Source of the DNA: Deltaproteobacteria bacterium
GTDB taxonomy: Bacteria > Myxococcota > JACRCW01
Assembly (NCBI GenBank): GCA_016218805.1
Contig: JACRCW010000163.1
Coordinates: 1-46,395 of the forward strand
Reading direction: 5' to 3'
Length of the DNA: 46,395 nucleotides
This document shows positions 27,459 through 39,395 of this stretch, piece after piece; position 1 is the stretch's first letter, and every line of letters starts with the position of its first letter. The translations under genes were made by a program, and so were the position numbers. The notes beneath the pieces are model-generated. The model was not told the DNA's origin and did not search any database. It saw only the letters and a list, made by a program, of their open reading frames with translations.

Positions 27459-28251
27459 GGCTCCGGCGCGTGGCTACGCTCTGTTCGTTGCACTCGTTCT
27501 CACCGCAACGGTGCTGGGAGCGTCCGCCCTTGTGTTGGAGCGCGCGGCGCATCACCGCACGGAGGCGCGCGCCACGCAGTTGCGGCAGGCCGCGGCAAGC
27601 GCGCTCGCATCGGGTCACGCGGCGGCGCGCGTGCTTGCAGGACCACTGTGCGCCGGCCAGGCCCCGCCCGCCGGACCAGTGCACCTGACGCTCGGCGAGG
27701 CGTCCGTCGTTGAGGAATTCCGCATCATTGCGCCCGGCCGGGTGGAAGTGGACGTGGTGGCCGCCGCGGGTGACGTCCGCCGGCGCGCGCGACACTGCTT
27801 CTCTGCAGTCCCCGTCCCCGCCGCCGGCGGGCCACTTGGCGAGGACATGCGCGGCGTGCTCACACGGCTGGCGGCCGACGCCTGCATCATCCATGCGCGG
27901 GCGGGCCAGGGACCCGTGGAGTTGCAGAGCTGCGAAGGCGCGCGCGCCGTGCGCCTCCGGGTTGAGGGTGACACCGCGCTTGTGGACGCCGGACGTTCCC
28001 CTCCGCGCCTGCTCGTCATTGAGGGCGAGGGCAGCGTGACCCTGCCCGACGGGTGGAAGTTCACAGGCGTGGCTTGGACCCGTGTCCCGCTGCATGTTGC
28101 CCACCGCGCGCAGGTCACGGTGTCCGGAGCACTGGTGTGGGAAGCACCCGGATCCCCGATATTGACCGTCGACCATGACCCGGCCACAGCTGCGGAAGCG
28201 CTGTATGGGACCTTCGTGGACGGGTGCGAGGGGCTCGCCGTCGCCCCGTGA
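27436..28251 (+). CDS. Prepilin-type protein lacking Glu5 (PilX-like)
   Basis: ARG|YALFVALVLTATVL leader, helix 'LRQAAASALASG', and a C-terminal beta-rich 'FTGVAW...VTVSGALVW'. Confidence 0.65.
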   Translation: MRCLSTGEAPARGYALFVALVLTATVLGASALVLERAAHHRTEARATQLRQAAASALASGHAAARVLAGPLCAGQAPPAGPVHLTLGEASVVEEFRIIAPGRVEVDVVAAAGDVRRRARHCFSAVPVPAAGGPLGEDMRGVLTRLAADACIIHARAGQGPVELQSCEGARAVRLRVEGDTALVDAGRSPPRLLVIEGEGSVTLPDGWKFTGVAWTRVPLHVAHRAQVTVSGALVWEAPGSPILTVDHDPATAAEALYGTFVDGCEGLAVAP

Positions 28252-28367
28252 CCGCCGCGGTCGTTGGCAGGCGCCACCGCCAGCGCAGCGATCACCCGCT
28301 GCAGTGCACACAATGTTCGGTTTCCGCGGCGACGGCGCGGTGACCCGACTGAACCCGCCGCCACCTT

Positions 28368-29957
28368 TCACACCGGCGGATTGGCCAGGCGCTTGTGCAC
28401 TTCTGTGGCAATGAACAGGTCCAGCAATGACCCGTCCACCTGCCCGCGCTTTTCCTCGTCCTTGAGGATGTCCAGCGCCTTCTGGTGCGGCACGGCGCGC
28501 TTGTACGGCCGGTCGGACGCCGTCAGCGCGTCATAGATGTCCGCAATGGTCATCATCTTGGACTGCACGGGGATCTGCTCGTTGGTCAGCTGGCGCGGGT
28601 AGCCCTTGCCGTCCAGCTTCTCGTGGTGCGCGTACGCAATCTCCGGCACGCGCCGCAGTTCGCGCGTCCAGGGGATGTTGCACAGGAAGCGGAACGTGTG
28701 CGTCACGTGGCTCTCAATCTCGCGCCGCTCGTCATGGTTGAGGCTCCCGCGCGGGATGGACAGGTTCTTCACCTCCTCCGGCAGCAGCAGCGGCTTGACC
28801 TCCCCGCCCAGGTCCGCCCACGTGCGGCGCGCAATCTCGCTCAGGCGCTCAAACCCGCCCTGCTCCAGCACGGTGGGCCGGTTGCAGGCGGCAATGAACT
28901 CCAGGAACCCGTCCAGCTCGCCCAGCTCGCGCACCAGCTGCTCATCCAGCGCGGCGATCTGCGCGCGCGCCGCGTCAATCTCGTCGGACATCAGCAGCTG
29001 CGCCTTGCGCTTCCAGTGCTCCGTCTCCTGGGCGCGGCGCACCAGCGCAAAGCGCTGCCGCAGCAGCTCGTACTCCTGCGGGTAGAGCTTGTTGGACTTC
29101 ACCAGCACGTGCTCGCGCACGCCCACCTTCCCAAAGTCATGCAACAGCGCCGCGTAGCGCAGCTCCTTCACCTGTTGCGTGCCCAGGCGCACCGCGGCGT
29201 ACGGCCCCTTGTCCACGTGGTCCAGCTGCTCGGCAATGCCCACCGTGAGCACCGCCACGCGCTCGGAGTGGCCGGAGGTGGTGGGGTCCCGCGCCTCAAT
29301 GGCGTAGACGCTGGCCCGGATGAATCCCTCAAACAGCCGTTCAATGTCCTGCTGCAGCAGCGCGTTCTCCACGGACACGGCCGCCTGGCCGCCCAGCGCC
29401 ATGAGCAGTTCCTGGTCCTCCGCCGTGAAGTCACGCTCCTCCGTCTTGTTCAGCGCCTGGATCACGCCGGTGATCTCATTCTGCGTGTTCAGCATGGGCA
29501 CGGTGAGAATGTTGCGCGTGCGGTAGCCCGTGCGCAGGTCCACCGCGCGGTTGAAGCGCGGGTCCGCGTACGCGTCCGGGATGAGCAGCGGCTGCCGCGT
29601 CTGCGCCACCACGCCGGCAATGCCCACGCCCATGGGGATGCGGATCTCCTGGCTGCCCAGCCCCTGGGCGATCTTGGTCCACAGCTCGCCGCGCTCGCGG
29701 TCCGCGATGAACAGGCTCAGGCGGTCCGCCTCCACCACCTCCTTGGCCTCCGTCAGCACGCGGTTGAGCAACTGGTCCAGGTCCCGGATGGACCCCAGCG
29801 CCTTGGCCACTTCCAGAATGCGGTTGAGCTTGGCGTTGCGGCGCTCCAGCTCGCGGGTGCGCGCTTCGGCATCCGTGGCTGGCGCACCGGTGCTGGGGGT
29901 GGCGGCGGGCGTGCGCGCGCGCGTGAGCTGGGGAACCGTCCGCTTGCGGGTGGCCAT
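28368..29957 (-). CDS. GAF + HD-GYP cyclic-dinucleotide phosphodiesterase
   Basis: GAF 'DAYADPRFN...DLRTGYRTRNIL...NK', then 'RDPTTSGHSERV', 'LLHDFGK', 'HHEKLDGKGYP' and 'ADIYDALT..RPYK'. Start MATRKR is inferred. Confidence 0.92.
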   Translation of the reverse strand: MATRKRTVPQLTRARTPAATPSTGAPATDAEARTRELERRNAKLNRILEVAKALGSIRDLDQLLNRVLTEAKEVVEADRLSLFIADRERGELWTKIAQGLGSQEIRIPMGVGIAGVVAQTRQPLLIPDAYADPRFNRAVDLRTGYRTRNILTVPMLNTQNEITGVIQALNKTEERDFTAEDQELLMALGGQAAVSVENALLQQDIERLFEGFIRASVYAIEARDPTTSGHSERVAVLTVGIAEQLDHVDKGPYAAVRLGTQQVKELRYAALLHDFGKVGVREHVLVKSNKLYPQEYELLRQRFALVRRAQETEHWKRKAQLLMSDEIDAARAQIAALDEQLVRELGELDGFLEFIAACNRPTVLEQGGFERLSEIARRTWADLGGEVKPLLLPEEVKNLSIPRGSLNHDERREIESHVTHTFRFLCNIPWTRELRRVPEIAYAHHEKLDGKGYPRQLTNEQIPVQSKMMTIADIYDALTASDRPYKRAVPHQKALDILKDEEKRGQVDGSLLDLFIATEVHKRLANPPV

Positions 29958-30105
29958 GGTCGTCGCCTCGGGCGTGGAGGTGGGTGAACCTACCAGATTC
30001 CGGGCGGCGTGTTGAAAAGCGGGTGCGTCGGCCACGCGCGTTGCCGTTGCACCGGCGGCGGGATAGCTCGGTGACCCGGGGCTCAGCCCCCGCAAGGAGG
30101 GTCCC

Positions 30106-30831
30106 ATGGAGTTTGACTCGCCCCGCACCCGGCCCACGGCCACCGTCCGGCCCAGCGCTGCCGCCATGGAAGACGAGAACGCCCGGTTCATCTGGCGCGT
30201 CTACCGGTGGATGAGCCTGGGGCTTGGCCTCACCGGCCTCACGGCCATGATGGTGGCCTCCAGCCCGCAGGCCCTGTCGCTGGTGTTCGGCAACCGGTTT
30301 GTCTTTTACGCGCTGCTGCTGGCCGAACTGGCCATGGTGTGGACCTTCAGCACCATTGCCCGCAAGGCGTCCGTCACCGTGGCCATGGCGTTGTTCCTCA
30401 CCTACGCCATCACCAACGGCGTCACCATGGCGGTGGTGTTCCTCATCTACACGGCGCGCAGCATCGCGGACGTGTTCCTCATCTGCACGGGCATGTTCGC
30501 CGCCATGAGCTTCTACGGGTCGGTGACCAAGAAGGATCTCACGTCGGTGGGCTCGTTCTCCATCATGGGCCTGTTTGGCATCATCCTCGCGGGCATCGTG
30601 AACCTGTTCGTACGCTCGGACATGATGTCGTTCGTCATTGCGTGCCTGGGCGTGGTGGTGTTTGTGGGGCTCACCGCGTACGACACGCAGAAGATCAAGG
30701 CGATGAACGTCATTGGCAATGAAGGCACGGACGACGACACCAAGGAGGCGCTCAACGGTGCGCTGGTGCTGTACCTGGACTTCATCAACCTGTTCCTGAT
30801 GCTGCTGCGGCTGCTGGGCAAGCGCCGCTAG
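30106..30831 (+). CDS. Bax inhibitor-1/YccA family membrane protein
   Basis: About 7 TM segments with 'VYRWM..GL.LT', 'TAYDTQKIK' and 'ALVLYLDFINLF'. Confidence 0.94.
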   Translation: MEFDSPRTRPTATVRPSAAAMEDENARFIWRVYRWMSLGLGLTGLTAMMVASSPQALSLVFGNRFVFYALLLAELAMVWTFSTIARKASVTVAMALFLTYAITNGVTMAVVFLIYTARSIADVFLICTGMFAAMSFYGSVTKKDLTSVGSFSIMGLFGIILAGIVNLFVRSDMMSFVIACLGVVVFVGLTAYDTQKIKAMNVIGNEGTDDDTKEALNGALVLYLDFINLFLMLLRLLGKRR

Positions 30832-33755
30832 GCGCGCGCGCGGCGCAGGGCCAGCGCTTCTTCCACCAGCGCGGTCACCTGTTCAAACCGGAACGGCTTG
30901 GGCACCACCAGGTCCACGCCGTGGTCCTTCATGCGCGCGGGTTCCAGCGTGGCGCCCCAGCCGGTGATGAGGCCCACCGGCAGGCCCGGGTGGCGCTCCT
31001 TGACGGCGGAGGCCACCTCCCAGCCGCTCATGCCCGGCATGCCCAGGTCCGTGAACACGGCGTCCAGGCCTTCGGCCACCAGCGCGTCCAGGCGGGCCAG
31101 CGCGCTGGGCCCGTCCACCGCGGTCTCCACGTGGTGGTCCGCGGTGCGCAGCATGTCCGCCAGCACATCCCGGATGGATTCCTCGTCGTCAATGATCAGC
31201 ACCCGCGCGCCGCCGGCGGTGGCGTTGGGGCGCGGCGGTGGGGGCGCCGCCGCCGGCTCGGCGGGGATGGGGAGCCAGATGGTGAAGGTGGCGCCGCGGC
31301 CCGGCTCGCTGTCCAGCTGAAACTCGCCGCGGTGGCGCTGCACAATGCCATAGGACACCGACAGGCCCAGCCCGGTGCCCTTGACCCCCTTGGTGGTGAA
31401 GAACGGGTCAAACACGCGGCTCTGCACCTCGGGTGGGATGCCGGTGCCGGTGTCCGCCACGCGCAGGAATGCGCCGCGCTCGCCGGTGCCGGTGCTGACC
31501 AGGATGGTCCCGCCGCGGGGCATGGCGTCACAGGCGTTGTGGATGAGGTTGGTGAGCACCTCGCGCAGCTGCTGCGCATCACCCAGCACGTGCGGCGCGT
31601 GCCCCACGTGCACCTGGACCTCCATGGCAACGCCCTCGCGCGTGGCCCGGTCCTTCCAGCGCGGCTGGGTCAGCTCCGCGGCCTGGGCGGCCACCTCGTC
31701 CAGGTCCACGTCGTGGAAGTCTTCTTCGCCGCCCACGCGTGAGAATTCCTGGATGCGGCGCACGGTGGCGGCCCCGTCCAGCGCGGCGCGTTCAATGACG
31801 TCCAGGTTCTTCTGCAGGTTGCTGTCCGCCACAAACGTCTTGAGCAGCTGCGTCCGTCCCAGGATGGCGCCCAGCACGTTGTTGAAATCATGCGCCACCC
31901 CGGCGGCCATCTCGCCCAGCGCGGAGAGCTTTTCCTGCAGCACCAGGCGGTCCTTGGCCTCGCGCAGGTCCTTGTAGGCCACCACCAGCTCGCCAAACAT
32001 GGCGGCATTGCGCGACGCCAGCGCCAGGTGCGCGCTCACGCTGCCCAGGAACTCGCGCGCGGCCTCCGCCTGCTGCCGGTCAAAGCTGAACCCCACCAGC
32101 ACCGCGCCGGCCGCGCGGCCGTCCACGATCATGGGTGCGCCGGTGACCCAGCGGACCTCATCCGCGCCCCAGTGGCCGCTCTGGTCCGTCCCGGGGTCCA
32201 GCACCACGGGGCCGTCCGCGCCCAGCACGCGCCACTGCAGGCCGCGTCCCTCCGGGAGCAGCGTGCCGGTGGGCATCCATTCCGCGCCGCGGCCGCGCAG
32301 CACCACCTCCAGCACCGGCTCCAGGCCGCTGACCGTGCGCAGGACCAGCACCTCCACGGTGGTGGCGCGCAGCACCCGCATCAGCTGCTGCCCCGCCACG
32401 CGGAACACCTCGTCGCGGTCCAGCGTGGAGGAGAGCGCGCGGGCCAGCTCATCCAGGGCCAGCAGGCGCTGCATGGCGGCGTCCTGGTGGTCATGCAGCG
32501 CGGCGCGTTCCACGGCGGTGCCCAGCTGGTGGCCAATGGACAGCAGCAGGGACAGTTCCTCGGGGGCAAACTCACGCGGTTCCAGGCACAGGCCCACGGC
32601 CGTTCCCAGCACGCGGTCCTTGGCCTGGATGGGCACGCACACCGCCGTGTGGAAGCCGGCAAACGCGTCGCGCGGGGTCACGCGCTCGTCGGTGGCCAGG
32701 TCCGTGACCACCTGGACATCTCCCGTGCGGATGGCTGCGCCCACCAAGCCGGTCTCCAGGCTCAGCTCCTGCAGCTTTTCCAGCTGCTCCGGCCCCACGC
32801 CACGGAACAGGCGCGCGCGCGCCACGTTGTGCCCCGGCTGCACCAGCGAGATGCCCGCCGCGTTGAACCCCATCACGGCGATGAGCCGCTCCACGGCGGT
32901 GTCCAGCACGGTGCCCAGATCCGGCGCGCGGGACACGGTGGCGGCCAGGTCATTGAGGACGGCCAGCTCGCGGTTGCGGCGCAACAGTGCCTTTTCGTAC
33001 TGCTTGCGCGCGGTGATGTCCTGCAGCACGCCCAGGCTGGAGGGCTGCCCGTCATAGACGATGTACGAGACGCTGACGCCGACATCCAGGCGCTGCCCCG
33101 CCTTGTTCAGCGAGATGAACTCGTAGCGGGGCGGGAGCGGCTCACCCAGCGCGGCCAGGCGCGCGCGCTCCATGATCATGGGCCGGCTCTCCGGCGCAAT
33201 AAGGCGCATGTAGTCAAACGCCGGGTTGCAGATCTCGTCGGCGGTGTAGCCCATCAGCTCGGTGAACGCGGTGTTCACGAACGTGAACTGCGTGGGCCCC
33301 AGGATGTAGATGGCGTCGCGCGTGTTCTGCAGCAACTCGGTGTACTGCGCCTCGCTCTGGGCCAGCCGGCTGCGCAGGGTGCTGGTCTCCAGCAGGTTGT
33401 GGACGGTGCGCTCCAGCGCCAGGTCACTGCCGGCGGCAAACGGCAGCGTGGCGTGCACGCCCAGCTGGCGCAGGCGGCGGGGCGTGTCCACGTCCTCGGG
33501 GGCGTGCAGCACCAGCAGCAGCGGGGCGCCCACCGTGTGCGGCAGCGCCTCCACCGCGGCCACCGCGTCCATGCCGCGGGCCACGCCCAGCACCAGCAGC
33601 GTGGCGGGATCCCGCGCGTGCTCCCAGCCCATGGTGCGCACGTCTTCCACGGGAACCACGTCGCGCGGGCCGTGCTCGCGCAGCAGGCCGGCCAACCGCT
33701 CGGCGCCCCAGTCACCCGGGACGCACAGGATGATCCGCGCCCGCGGCGTTCCCAT
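30828..33755 (-). CDS. Hybrid sensor kinase (degenerate receiver-PAS-GAF-GAF-HisKA-HATPase-REC)
   Basis: H-box 'GVAHDFNN', N-box 'NLIHNACDA', 'DTGTGI', 'PFFTTK..GTGLGL', and a C-terminal receiver 'IIDDE...FTDLGMPG...PKPF'. Confidence 0.93.
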   Translation of the reverse strand: MGTPRARIILCVPGDWGAERLAGLLREHGPRDVVPVEDVRTMGWEHARDPATLLVLGVARGMDAVAAVEALPHTVGAPLLLVLHAPEDVDTPRRLRQLGVHATLPFAAGSDLALERTVHNLLETSTLRSRLAQSEAQYTELLQNTRDAIYILGPTQFTFVNTAFTELMGYTADEICNPAFDYMRLIAPESRPMIMERARLAALGEPLPPRYEFISLNKAGQRLDVGVSVSYIVYDGQPSSLGVLQDITARKQYEKALLRRNRELAVLNDLAATVSRAPDLGTVLDTAVERLIAVMGFNAAGISLVQPGHNVARARLFRGVGPEQLEKLQELSLETGLVGAAIRTGDVQVVTDLATDERVTPRDAFAGFHTAVCVPIQAKDRVLGTAVGLCLEPREFAPEELSLLLSIGHQLGTAVERAALHDHQDAAMQRLLALDELARALSSTLDRDEVFRVAGQQLMRVLRATTVEVLVLRTVSGLEPVLEVVLRGRGAEWMPTGTLLPEGRGLQWRVLGADGPVVLDPGTDQSGHWGADEVRWVTGAPMIVDGRAAGAVLVGFSFDRQQAEAAREFLGSVSAHLALASRNAAMFGELVVAYKDLREAKDRLVLQEKLSALGEMAAGVAHDFNNVLGAILGRTQLLKTFVADSNLQKNLDVIERAALDGAATVRRIQEFSRVGGEEDFHDVDLDEVAAQAAELTQPRWKDRATREGVAMEVQVHVGHAPHVLGDAQQLREVLTNLIHNACDAMPRGGTILVSTGTGERGAFLRVADTGTGIPPEVQSRVFDPFFTTKGVKGTGLGLSVSYGIVQRHRGEFQLDSEPGRGATFTIWLPIPAEPAAAPPPPRPNATAGGARVLIIDDEESIRDVLADMLRTADHHVETAVDGPSALARLDALVAEGLDAVFTDLGMPGMSGWEVASAVKERHPGLPVGLITGWGATLEPARMKDHGVDLVVPKPFRFEQVTALVEEALALRRARA

Positions 33756-33803
33756 GATGCCGTCAGGCTAGCCGCGCGTGCTGCGCCGCAGCAACAAAAC
33801 CGC

Positions 33804-34487
33804 TCACTGAACCGCCCGGCGGTTGATGACGTCGCCCAGCCAGGCGACCGCGATCCCGCCCGCGGTGAGCGCAGCAAACACGCCCGCCGTCATCAACAGC
33901 AGTTCCCCGCCCACGACGAAGAACCCCGCCGCCGCATCCGCGGTGGACCGGCGCCGTTCCGGCACCAGGTGCGCCCGCTGCAGCGCAAAGACGTAGTTGG
34001 CGCCCAGCACCAGCGCGGCGCCGCCCAGGAACGCCACTGCTGCCACCGGCGCGGTCACGCGCAGCATGATGCGCACGCCGTCAATGAGTTCGGTGGGGAC
34101 GCCCACCGGCTGCCCGGTGCCCTGCACCAGGAACGCGTTGAGCCGCGAGCCCTCCCCGCCCGGGGTGGCTGCCTGCGCCTCGCCCCAGCGGGCCACGCCG
34201 GACCGCCAGGCCTGGTCCTCCGGGGGCGGTGGCGGTCCCTCCGCGGGGGGGCCGGGCGGGGGTGCGGACAGGGCGGTGCCGCCGGACTCCTCCAGGCTGC
34301 GCAGGTAGGCCTCGTCGTCGGGGTCCGCCGGCACCTCGCCGGGGCCGCCCCGCTGCTCCACCTCGGGGTCCAGCAGCGCGGGCTCGGGCTCCGTGGCCGC
34401 GCCGGCCGCCTCCAGGCTGCCCGGCTCCGCGGTCCACCAGGACGGCCCCGCCGCCACCCACAGGCACACCGCCAGCCACGCGTTCAT
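33804..34487 (-). CDS. Hypothetical membrane protein
   Basis: Start MNAWLAVCLW overlaps the GNAT stop. Pro/acidic linker and two C-terminal TM segments. Confidence 0.65.
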   Translation of the reverse strand: MNAWLAVCLWVAAGPSWWTAEPGSLEAAGAATEPEPALLDPEVEQRGGPGEVPADPDDEAYLRSLEESGGTALSAPPPGPPAEGPPPPPEDQAWRSGVARWGEAQAATPGGEGSRLNAFLVQGTGQPVGVPTELIDGVRIMLRVTAPVAAVAFLGGAALVLGANYVFALQRAHLVPERRRSTADAAAGFFVVGGELLLMTAGVFAALTAGGIAVAWLGDVINRRAVQ

Positions 34488-35050
34488 GGCGCCTCCGCTC
34501 GCGGTGGGCGGCGCGCGGCCACGGCGGGGTAGTCCGCCGCGGACAACCGGATCCGTTTCACGTCCGCCATCCCGTCCACCATTTCCTGCGCCCGCTTCTC
34601 CCGCCCCGTCACCGTCCAGCCAAACCACTCGGCCAACTCCAGCACGGCGCGGTTGGACTCGTCCATCCACGCCCACAACGCCTTGCACCGGCCCTTGCCC
34701 AGCATCTCCTGTTCCACCGCCAGCACCGCGTCATGGGCCAGCCCCAGGCGCCGCAACGCCGGGTCCGGGATGGCAATGCCAAACTCCAGCTCGTCGTCGG
34801 GAGACAGGTCACCAAAGTACACGGCAAACCCCACGCGCTGCCCGCCATCGGTGCGGTCAATGAAGTGGCCGTGGCCTTCGCGCTGGCGCCAGGCCATGCG
34901 CAAACGGAACAGCGTGGGCGGCCGCGGGTAGCCGAAATTGCGCCACACCTCGCGCACCAGGAACATGGCCAGCAGCTGGTCCAGCTCACCGTAGGTGATG
35001 GGCGTCAGGCGGACGCGCAGGGGCCGCGCGGGCGGGCTCACGGTGCTCAC
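34484..35050 (-). CDS. GNAT (RimJ/RimL-like) N-acetyltransferase
   Basis: 'LEFGIAIPDPALRRLGLA' (motif A-like) and 'DESNRAVLELAEWFGW' (motif B-like). GTGA overlap with the upstream gene. Confidence 0.75.
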   Translation of the reverse strand: MSTVSPPARPLRVRLTPITYGELDQLLAMFLVREVWRNFGYPRPPTLFRLRMAWRQREGHGHFIDRTDGGQRVGFAVYFGDLSPDDELEFGIAIPDPALRRLGLAHDAVLAVEQEMLGKGRCKALWAWMDESNRAVLELAEWFGWTVTGREKRAQEMVDGMADVKRIRLSAADYPAVAARRPPRAEAP

Positions 35051-36186
35051 CCCGGGTCCGGTTCCCACCGCACGGTGGTCTCCGTGCCCAGCATGAAGCC
35101 GCCCGGCCCGCGCAGTCGCAGCCCCGGGACCTCCAGCTGGTCCTCCATGCGCACGCCAAAGGTGCTGGCGGTGTCCATGACGTACAGCCCGTCGCCCTCG
35201 GCCAGGACCAGCGCGTGCACGCGGCTGACGGTGTCCGGCAGGTCCAGCGGGAGATCCGCGCTCTCGCAGCGCTCATAGCGGCCCAGCAGCACGCCATCGC
35301 GCGCCTGGGCGTCATACAGCGGCACGCTGGCGGTGCCGTTGGCGCAGGACAGCGTGAGGGTCCCGCGCTTGTCCCCGCCCAGCAGCGTGTACTGGCGCAG
35401 CGGCTCCGGCGGGCGGTGGATGTTCACCCGGCTGTGGAAGTCCACCGCGCCGCGCGCGCGTGCGTTGGTGCGCGAGCCGGCCTCAAACCGCCGCGCCTCG
35501 TCCGGCACGCGCGCCCGCCGGCCGCTGACGCCGGGCACCCGCTCGCGCATGTCAAAGAACACGCGCGGCGGCAGCGCATCAAACACCTCGCTGCCGTCGT
35601 CGGAGAAGTCCAGGTCTTCGCCGCCCAGCAGGACCATGAGGATGTAGCGGCCCAAGCCCACAAACAGGTGGCCCTCCACGCTGACGGACTCCACCGGGCG
35701 GCCGTCCTCGCCGGTGAGCCCCAGCGTGCTGCGCAGGTCCAACAGGCGCACGCGCACATCCCCGGTGGACAGCCGGCGCACCACCAGCGCGGCGTGCCGC
35801 AGGGACAGCCCCGGGTCCGTCAGCCGCAGCTGGCAGCGCTCATGCCGGCCAATGATCACGTGCGCGGGCTGCCCGTCCTCCGGCGTCACCAGCTTGACGG
35901 CGGCGGCCACCCCCCGCAGCGGGTCCACCGCCGCCACCAGGCACCCCTGCGCCGGTGTGCCGCGGTACGCGCGGCGGATGGCGTCCAGCCGGCCCTGGAA
36001 CAGCGCGCGCAACGGCAGCGCCTGCGGGCCGTCCTGGCCCTCCAGCATGCGCGTCCCCTCGTTGCGCAGGCCAAAGGCCGGCGGCAGCACGGGGTCAGCG
36101 GGCAGCATCAGCTCACCGGTGTGCATGCTGCGGATCCCCGTCACCTCCGGCGCCTGCCGGGGCGGTGCCGGGCGCTTGGCCGTCAT
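35047..36186 (-). CDS. Double FHA-domain protein
   Basis: 'IIGRHERC...GLSLRHA...DLRSTLG' and 'LLGRYERC...TVSRVHA...DTASTFG'. Confidence 0.85.
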   Translation of the reverse strand: MTAKRPAPPRQAPEVTGIRSMHTGELMLPADPVLPPAFGLRNEGTRMLEGQDGPQALPLRALFQGRLDAIRRAYRGTPAQGCLVAAVDPLRGVAAAVKLVTPEDGQPAHVIIGRHERCQLRLTDPGLSLRHAALVVRRLSTGDVRVRLLDLRSTLGLTGEDGRPVESVSVEGHLFVGLGRYILMVLLGGEDLDFSDDGSEVFDALPPRVFFDMRERVPGVSGRRARVPDEARRFEAGSRTNARARGAVDFHSRVNIHRPPEPLRQYTLLGGDKRGTLTLSCANGTASVPLYDAQARDGVLLGRYERCESADLPLDLPDTVSRVHALVLAEGDGLYVMDTASTFGVRMEDQLEVPGLRLRGPGGFMLGTETTVRWEPDPG

Positions 36187-36698
36187 CCCCGCCTCCCCAA
36201 GGCGGCGCCCCGCTCCCAGCGGCCGCTGCGCCCGCCCTCCTTGAGGGTGAGCCCCACGTCCGTGATGGTCATGCCGCGCTCCACGGCCTTCATCATGTCA
36301 TAGACCGTCAGCGCCGCGCAGGTGACCGCCGCCAGCGCCTCCATCTCCACACCCGTCTGCCCGGTGGTCCGCGCCTCCGCGCGCACACGCACGCCGGGGA
36401 GCGCGCGGTCCGGCACCAGGTCCACGGCAACGTGCGTGAGCGCCACCGGGTGGCACAGCGGGATGAGCTCGGCGGTGCGCTTGGCGCCCATGATGCCCGC
36501 CACGCGCGCCACCGCCAGCACATCCCCCTTGCGGGACGCACCCGCCGCCAGCAGCCGCAGCGACGCGCGGGACATGCGCACCACGCCCTCGGCGACGGCG
36601 ACCCGCGCGGTGGCCGCCTTGCCCGACACGTCCACCATGTGGGCGGTGCCGTCCTCGCGGACGTGCGTGAGGGCTGGCCGGGCTTTGTGGGATGCCAT
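36183..36698 (-). CDS. moaC: Cyclic pyranopterin monophosphate synthase MoaC
   Basis: 'LTHV...AHMVDVSGK', '[25 protein letters not shown]', 'TGVEMEAL', 'YDMMKAV' and 'GGRSG'. Confidence 0.97.
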   Translation of the reverse strand: MASHKARPALTHVREDGTAHMVDVSGKAATARVAVAEGVVRMSRASLRLLAAGASRKGDVLAVARVAGIMGAKRTAELIPLCHPVALTHVAVDLVPDRALPGVRVRAEARTTGQTGVEMEALAAVTCAALTVYDMMKAVERGMTITDVGLTLKEGGRSGRWERGAALGRRG

Positions 36699-36763
36699 GG
36701 GTTGGTCCTATCATCCGCCGTCTCGTCTGTCCGGTCACCCCCGTCCCCTTGGAGTTGCCGCGC

Positions 36764-38644
<1,881 letters not shown>

Positions 38645-38666
38645 CGTCTTTGGGAGGAGGTGGCAG

Positions 38667-39395
38667 ATGGCGGGAAGCGCCCGAGTGCTCCTGGTTGAGG
38701 ACGAAGCGACGCTGCGCGGCATCCTGCAGGCCGTGCTGGACGCAGCGGGACACCTCGTCACGCCCGTCACCACGGCGGAGGAGGCGGTGCAGAAGCTGGG
38801 GGCGGAGAAGTTTGACGTGCTGCTGACGGACAAGAACCTGCCGGGCATCAGCGGCCTGGAACTGATGGCCGAAGCCCAGCGGCTGGCGCCGGGCCTGCGC
38901 GTCATGCTGATCACCGGCTACCCATCCGTGGGGGCGGCGGTGGAGGCGCTGGACGCGGGGTTCCTGTCCTTCCTGGTCAAGCCGCTGCGGCAGCTGCAGG
39001 AGGTGGGCGGCGAAGTGGCGCGCGTGCTGGCCATCCCCGCGCCCATGCAACGGCACGCGCGCACGCTGGCGCTGCGCAACCGCCTGCAGGGTGACCGCGA
39101 GGCGCTGCCGCCGCTGTCGGCGCTGATCATCTCCGAGTCCGCGCAGGGGGACGTGCTGGCCGGGCGGTTGGGCGCACCGCATACCGTCCGCGCGCGGGAC
39201 CTGTCCGAGGCCCAGATGCACCTGGGCAAGAGCGCGTTTGCCGCGGTGGTGTCCACCGAGCTCACCGCGCTCATTGAGGCGCGCGCGCGCCTCCCGGAGG
39301 CGGCGCTGGTGTTCTGCGGGGACGCGTCCTTTGCGGACGTGCTGGAACTCATCCGGCTGGGCGCGGGGCTCATGGCCGAGGGGGACGCGCCGTGA
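38667..39395 (+). CDS. Response regulator (receiver plus degenerate receiver-like C-terminal domain)
   Basis: 'LLVEDE...LLTDKNLPG...ITGY...LVKP'. GGAGGAGG RBS. Confidence 0.88.
   Translation: MAGSARVLLVEDEATLRGILQAVLDAAGHLVTPVTTAEEAVQKLGAEKFDVLLTDKNLPGISGLELMAEAQRLAPGLRVMLITGYPSVGAAVEALDAGFLSFLVKPLRQLQEVGGEVARVLAIPAPMQRHARTLALRNRLQGDREALPPLSALIISESAQGDVLAGRLGAPHTVRARDLSEAQMHLGKSAFAAVVSTELTALIEARARLPEAALVFCGDASFADVLELIRLGAGLMAEGDAP

Noticed and set aside
19589..28367. Prophage or integrative element
   Set aside because: No integrase, transposase, phage structural gene, tRNA target or flanking direct repeat was seen.
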